A stretch of 43,355 nt of DNA from the IMG/VR virus record IMGVR_UViG_3300020508_000002, positions 1 through 43,355 of that record; one strand, written 5' to 3'. Both the position numbers and the translations under genes were made by a program. Under the pieces are notes generated by a model. That model was not told where the DNA came from, did not search any database, and saw nothing but the letters and a program-made list of their open reading frames with translations. Source of the stretch: a virus. Its lineage: Duplodnaviria > Caudoviricetes. This document shows, in pieces, positions 38,701 to 43,355 of this stretch (its first letter is position 1; each line of letters begins with the position of its first letter).

Positions 38701-39939
38701 ATGCTTGGCACAAAGACTGATCTTTTTAATGCAGCTAGCGGCAAAATGCCTAAACGTGTATTCACCAATACCGATTTCGGTGGCACTGGTACGACTACAA
38801 CAACTACGCCGCAGCAGGGTACATATGCAGAAGCTTTGAGCCGCAAGGGTTTGCTAGCTCAAACCTTTCCTAGCCTTGCTGCCGAAAACGCTACCTATAA
38901 GACACAAACGGGCCAACTTTACGGACCATACGCAACGGCCGTTGGTGCTCCAGCAACGAAAACCTTTGCTGACGTTTTGGCCCGCACCGGTAGAACATCA
39001 AGCGGTAGCGGTAAGTACGGGGGATTTAGGAATGCTGGAGACTTGACTACAGCTATTGGCGGAGCGGCTATGAACGTTCGTGACGTTACTGTTCCACAAC
39101 TTAGGGCTGCCGCTAGTGACTACTACACCAAGCTAGACAAGGGTTACCGCGGTGCCCTAGGGCCGTTGACTGGCTTTACTAGCGAGTACAATCCAAACGT
39201 TGTTAGCCCCGGCAACTTCCGCATTGCTGACCAGCTGTCAATGCCTCAGTATGCTAACCAGCGTGCTGCTATTAAGTCATTTACCCCAACCCTGGGATCT
39301 TGGTATACAGAACAAGCTAAGCCAGCTGAGGAATATCTACAGACTGCTCAGCAGCTTGAGATGACTCCGCTGTCTCAACTTGCTACTTCTATCGCAACCA
39401 GGGGATACGGCATGGATGCCAACCTTGCTGCCGGTAAGTTTGCAGGACTTGACTCAGAATACTTTAAGCGCAATCGCGATGCTGAATACATGGGCCAGTA
39501 TGGCGTTCCGTACGACGAGTACACAGCTCTTCAGAAAGAAAAAGAAGACGCTCTCAATACCGCAAAAGACCAGGACGAAGCAGATGCTTTGTCTAACATT
39601 GAATCAATTACCGGATTCTCTTATGGAGCCTTGTCGCCAATTGCTGGTCAAACTAAGATTCAGATGTACAACACACTTGCAGGCAATTATTCATACAAGG
39701 ACCTTAACAACGACAGCGTGTTGACAAGTTCAAATGGGGCTGGCGTTGTTGCTGCCTATAAAGATTTTATAGCTAACGCCAAAACTGATGAAGCCCAAAA
39801 ACTTATTGATTCGATTGATACAACTCCTGGAGCAGAGTCTTTGGCACTTCTTCTTAAAGCCCTTCAAAACCGTCTTGTAACAATTCCTTCCAAGGCTAGC
39901 GAGAATGCTATTATTTGGGGAACTCCAATAGATCAGTAA
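38701..39939 (+). CDS. Putative internal virion (ejection) protein
   Basis: 412 aa, A/G/T/Q-rich, directly upstream of the giant gene. Confidence 0.65.
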   Translation: MLGTKTDLFNAASGKMPKRVFTNTDFGGTGTTTTTTPQQGTYAEALSRKGLLAQTFPSLAAENATYKTQTGQLYGPYATAVGAPATKTFADVLARTGRTSSGSGKYGGFRNAGDLTTAIGGAAMNVRDVTVPQLRAAASDYYTKLDKGYRGALGPLTGFTSEYNPNVVSPGNFRIADQLSMPQYANQRAAIKSFTPTLGSWYTEQAKPAEEYLQTAQQLEMTPLSQLATSIATRGYGMDANLAAGKFAGLDSEYFKRNRDAEYMGQYGVPYDEYTALQKEKEDALNTAKDQDEADALSNIESITGFSYGALSPIAGQTKIQMYNTLAGNYSYKDLNNDSVLTSSNGAGVVAAYKDFIANAKTDEAQKLIDSIDTTPGAESLALLLKALQNRLVTIPSKASENAIIWGTPIDQ

Positions 39940-42900
39940 TGGTTATCCCAGCACAACCTCGCAAACTTCAACCGATAGCTACTAAGCCAAGGCTCCCGCC
40001 TATTCCTATCCCAAGACCTACGCCTAGCACCGGTGGTGGTGGAGGAGATGATGATGGCAATAGTTGGTTTGACAATTTTGCAGACGACGTTACAAATGTT
40101 GAGCTTAAATTATGGAACGGTCTTCCCTACATCGGAAGAAAATCACCAGCTAGCTCATCTTCATTAAGTCCCGTTGCAGGAAAATCTAGATTCCAAACAG
40201 AAACTCGTGAAGTTGCAAACGTTGTACGCAACGTTCCATCCGGCGCTATTCGTTTTTTTGGCGGCCTCGGGATTGATCTTGTAAAGCAATCTACGCCATT
40301 TATTTGGCAAGACGAAAGACCATACAGCGATCCAAACTCAACAACACGTCAATTTGCAACTAGCGTCGGTAATACTCTTCAGTTTTGGAATCGTGTTCCC
40401 GACTACGCAGAGCAATGGCAAGCTGGAGGACCTATCTCCGGAATGCTTATTGAAGACCTTGGAAACATTTCATTTATAGGCCGCGGTGCCGCAAGAGGCG
40501 CATCTTCAATTTCAAAAGCTACCGGCGCTTCTGCTGCCGAATCTGCTGCTGCCGCTTCTGTCGCTTCCCGTTCAGCCGCTGCTTCGGCTACAAGAGGGGC
40601 GATGGCAGATGCTGCTGCCGCTGCAGAAAGGGCTGCTTTATATACTGCAAAATCTGAACGCATGGCAAAGATTTCCGGATGGGCTGATCGTACTGCTTCC
40701 CGTACGGGCCATGCTATTGACTACGTAGACAAAGCAGCCAACTTTCCTTTTAAGCCTTACGTATGGGCAGGCAAAGGTCTTGGCCGCGCTTATCGAGAAG
40801 GTTTGTATGTAGAACAACTTTCTACCGGTTGGGGCGCACGCGCAGCCAAATCCTACATTCAGCAAATTGATGATCTTCGTAAAGCCAATCCGGAGATGCC
40901 GGACAACCATCCTGACCTTCAATTGCTTCGTAAAAAAGCGGCAAGAAACATTGCCATATCCCTAACCCATGCTACAAAAGCAAAAATCCGTCAAGCGGTA
41001 CGCAACTCGGAGTTTGAAGCAGAGCTAGTAAAACAAACACTTCTCAACATTCAGAAAAACCCCGAGTTTAAAGATGTTGTCAATCCCGCCACCGGCGAAG
41101 CCTGGGGTGAACTTAGTCAAATAGAAAACGAAGCAATCATTGCTGTTATCAACGGCCGTGCTGCTCTTGTAAAATACCTTGTTGAAAACCTTAACAAGAC
41201 ACCTGAAGAAATTGCCGAGCTTGGCCGCTATGACGCCACTCCGGAATACCACCTTTCGGGATCAGGCGCTCGTTTATCAATTGACTTTGTAAACGGAAAT
41301 CTTTCTCCCGAACAGTACCAACGCTTGTCTTCTGCTGTTGAAGGCTTGATGAAAGCTCTTGTTGAAGTTGCACAAAAATCAGTAGATGGCGTTGGCCGTC
41401 GCAGTGCTCTTTCTACTGACTACTTAATTCCTCTGCCTTTTGTCAATCGTCTTAAAATCGCTGTTGCAAAATCAAAGAACAAAGCCCTCATTGACCTATT
41501 TGCAGAAGCAGAAGAAAACGGAATCTTTGAACTTCCGGCTAACGACCCAGTACGCCAACAGTTTCTTATGGCGATTGTTGAAGCGTTGCCTGATGAACTT
41601 GCTCTTGACCCTTCCATGTACCCAGCGTCAATGCGAGAAAACATTGAGTTCTATCGTCGCGTTCGCCGTTCCTTTAACCAGGAGGCAACTGGCGCAGCAT
41701 TGGGTGAACCTCTTCCGCCACGAGATGGTCGTCCTCGCGCACCCAAAGGTCCATGGGATCCATTTAAAGATTCTGACCCGGATGCAGAAGTTACAGACCG
41801 TCCTGAGCAATTTGACATGCCCCCATCACGGGGCCGCCTTAATGCTGCGGAAAACCTGTTAGGCAAAACAAAAGAAAAGCTCAAGAAGCTCGGTGATGAA
41901 ATTCTCAAAATCACCGACAAAATTGCATTGCTTGAAGAAAAGCATGTAAAGCTACAGCAACAAGTTCGCAAGTACGACGTTGTTGACGCACACCTTGCTG
42001 GCATGAACGAAAAAGCAATTGCTAGAAAATACCGTATTCCGGTTTCTGAGGTTCGGGAAATCATTGCTAAGAGCCCTGTAGTAAAGCAGGCGGCTAAGCT
42101 TGCCGAAACCACCGCAAGGCTTGAAGAACTTCAGAAGGTAATTGGTAAAAAAAGGGCTTCTCTCCCCGAAAACGCAGTGGACGCAGAGCTTGCCGTATTG
42201 CAGCAAGAACTTGCTAACGCCCAAGCAGCGGCTGCGTCTGCTCGTCAGGCTGTTGACGCAGCAAGGAACATTAACGAGATTGCTCGCCAGGCCGACGAGT
42301 CAGCAATCAGCAATCTTACCGATGCAATCGTTCTTGCAGATGACGAACTGTATGACGGTGAGATGGCTTTCGAACGGGCAGGCGGAGATCTCGACACGCT
42401 TAAGGTTGAAGTTGATCCTAAGGAAGTATTCCCAGTTACTCCGGAACGTGGTGACGCATACATAGAACAGCTCAAGGCTGTAGCCCAACAGGCGCTTGAA
42501 GGATTGGAAGGCAGCAGCTTGCAGGCTGTTATTCCTAACTTTGTCACCGCAATTGAATCTGCCTGGAACGACGCTAACGAATTTATGGAGAATGCTCAGA
42601 CGCCTGCAGAGTTGCGGGTTGCTGATCTCCGCATGGAGCAGCTTGGTGACGTTATCAACGACGTTACCCAGGAGCTAAACAAAGCCTTCTACGAAACACC
42701 TGAAGGCATGACAATGGAACAGGCTGTTGGTGAGGCCATCGTCAAAGTTCTTGGAGATGAAACAAACCAGCGGGTTATTGCTGGCACTGCACCACTGACG
42801 AAGGGCGGAGTCGTACGAGGTGGCGAACCACGCACAACCATCTTTAACAAGTTAAACACCAAGCGCAATGATGCTGGAGCGCTGGATCTTGGTTTGATAA

Positions 42901-43355
42901 ATGACTGGAGTAATCCAAACATTATCATTATGAAAAAAGGTGCTGCAATTGATGAATTGATTCAATCAATAATTGACGACACTGCGGATACTTCTGTATT
43001 TCCACAAAGGGAAGTTTCATCTAAGGTTGGCACTGTCCATCAGCTTGCTACGGCGGCAAATATTATTGCTCGTTACGTTAAAGAAGTACGTGCTGCCACA
43101 ACAAAAGAAGCAAAGATACAGTTAATTCTCAATCCTCCCGATTACGTCCCAGCAGAATTGTATGCAGAGATGACTCGCGGTATGAGTCGTGACACTATTC
43201 CAGCTGACGAAAATGGTCCAACCCATCCTCTCCGTAAGTTCTCTAAAAAATCTTACGAATATTTAAGAAAATCTCTTGAAGAATTAAACAAAATTGAAAA
43301 CCATTTTGCAGTTCATAAAACTGCCACCCAAATTACATGGACAAACGCACGTATT
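39939..43355 (+). CDS. N-terminal part of giant internal virion protein (continues at base 100 through 4524)
   Basis: TAATG start (MVIPAQPRKLQP...); no in-frame stop to the window end; codon phase at 43257 equals phase at base 1. Confidence 0.88.
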   Translation, partial: MVIPAQPRKLQPIATKPRLPPIPIPRPTPSTGGGGGDDDGNSWFDNFADDVTNVELKLWNGLPYIGRKSPASSSSLSPVAGKSRFQTETREVANVVRNVPSGAIRFFGGLGIDLVKQSTPFIWQDERPYSDPNSTTRQFATSVGNTLQFWNRVPDYAEQWQAGGPISGMLIEDLGNISFIGRGAARGASSISKATGASAAESAAAASVASRSAAASATRGAMADAAAAAERAALYTAKSERMAKISGWADRTASRTGHAIDYVDKAANFPFKPYVWAGKGLGRAYREGLYVEQLSTGWGARAAKSYIQQIDDLRKANPEMPDNHPDLQLLRKKAARNIAISLTHATKAKIRQAVRNSEFEAELVKQTLLNIQKNPEFKDVVNPATGEAWGELSQIENEAIIAVINGRAALVKYLVENLNKTPEEIAELGRYDATPEYHLSGSGARLSIDFVNGNLSPEQYQRLSSAVEGLMKALVEVAQKSVDGVGRRSALSTDYLIPLPFVNRLKIAVAKSKNKALIDLFAEAEENGIFELPANDPVRQQFLMAIVEALPDELALDPSMYPASMRENIEFYRRVRRSFNQEATGAALGEPLPPRDGRPRAPKGPWDPFKDSDPDAEVTDRPEQFDMPPSRGRLNAAENLLGKTKEKLKKLGDEILKITDKIALLEEKHVKLQQQVRKYDVVDAHLAGMNEKAIARKYRIPVSEVREIIAKSPVVKQAAKLAETTARLEELQKVIGKKRASLPENAVDAELAVLQQELANAQAAAASARQAVDAARNINEIARQADESAISNLTDAIVLADDELYDGEMAFERAGGDLDTLKVEVDPKEVFPVTPERGDAYIEQLKAVAQQALEGLEGSSLQAVIPNFVTAIESAWNDANEFMENAQTPAELRVADLRMEQLGDVINDVTQELNKAFYETPEGMTMEQAVGEAIVKVLGDETNQRVIAGTAPLTKGGVVRGGEPRTTIFNKLNTKRNDAGALDLGLINDWSNPNIIIMKKGAAIDELIQSIIDDTADTSVFPQREVSSKVGTVHQLATAANIIARYVKEVRAATTKEAKIQLILNPPDYVPAELYAEMTRGMSRDTIPADENGPTHPLRKFSKKSYEYLRKSLEELNKIENHFAVHKTATQITWTNARI
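43257..43355 (+). repeat. Terminal overlap, identical to 1-99
   Basis: Exact match to the window start. Confidence 0.95.

Noticed and set aside
40403-42928. Many short ORFs in the last 3 kb, and antisense ORFs genome-wide
   Set aside because: Shadow frames of long genuine genes; standard code 11 gives dense, coupled genes, so no stop-codon recoding is needed

Overview
The window is a complete, circularly assembled genome (about 43,256 bp; bases 1-99 repeat at 43257-43355) of a lytic, podovirus-like tailed phage, probably infecting Actinobacteria since it encodes WhiB. It has a packaging/structural module (terminases, portal, scaffold, capsid, collagen and Gly-rich fibres, tail adaptor/nozzle), a lysis module and internal virion proteins, including a ~2,613-aa protein that runs across the contig junction and is missed by the ORF track. 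It also has RusA, RecT, SSB, WhiB, a metallophosphoesterase, a transglycosylase and an early region with a MoxR AAA/vWA pair. I found no integrase, DNA polymerase, primase, helicase, methyltransferase or tRNA. Three signals stand out. (1) From 12.8 to 19.3 kb, restriction-type palindromes (GATC, AGCT, CCGG, GGCC, TCGA, CGCG, CCWGG) are almost absent except in tight clusters, each ~50-60 bp downstream of a GAGAG/GAGTG-type motif. (2) Two tandem paralogues share an N-terminal leader but carry different ADP-ribosyltransferase-like domains. (3) A promoter-driven, structured, ORF-less minus-strand RNA candidate lies next to iteron-like repeats. All family calls come from motif recognition by eye, not from database searches.
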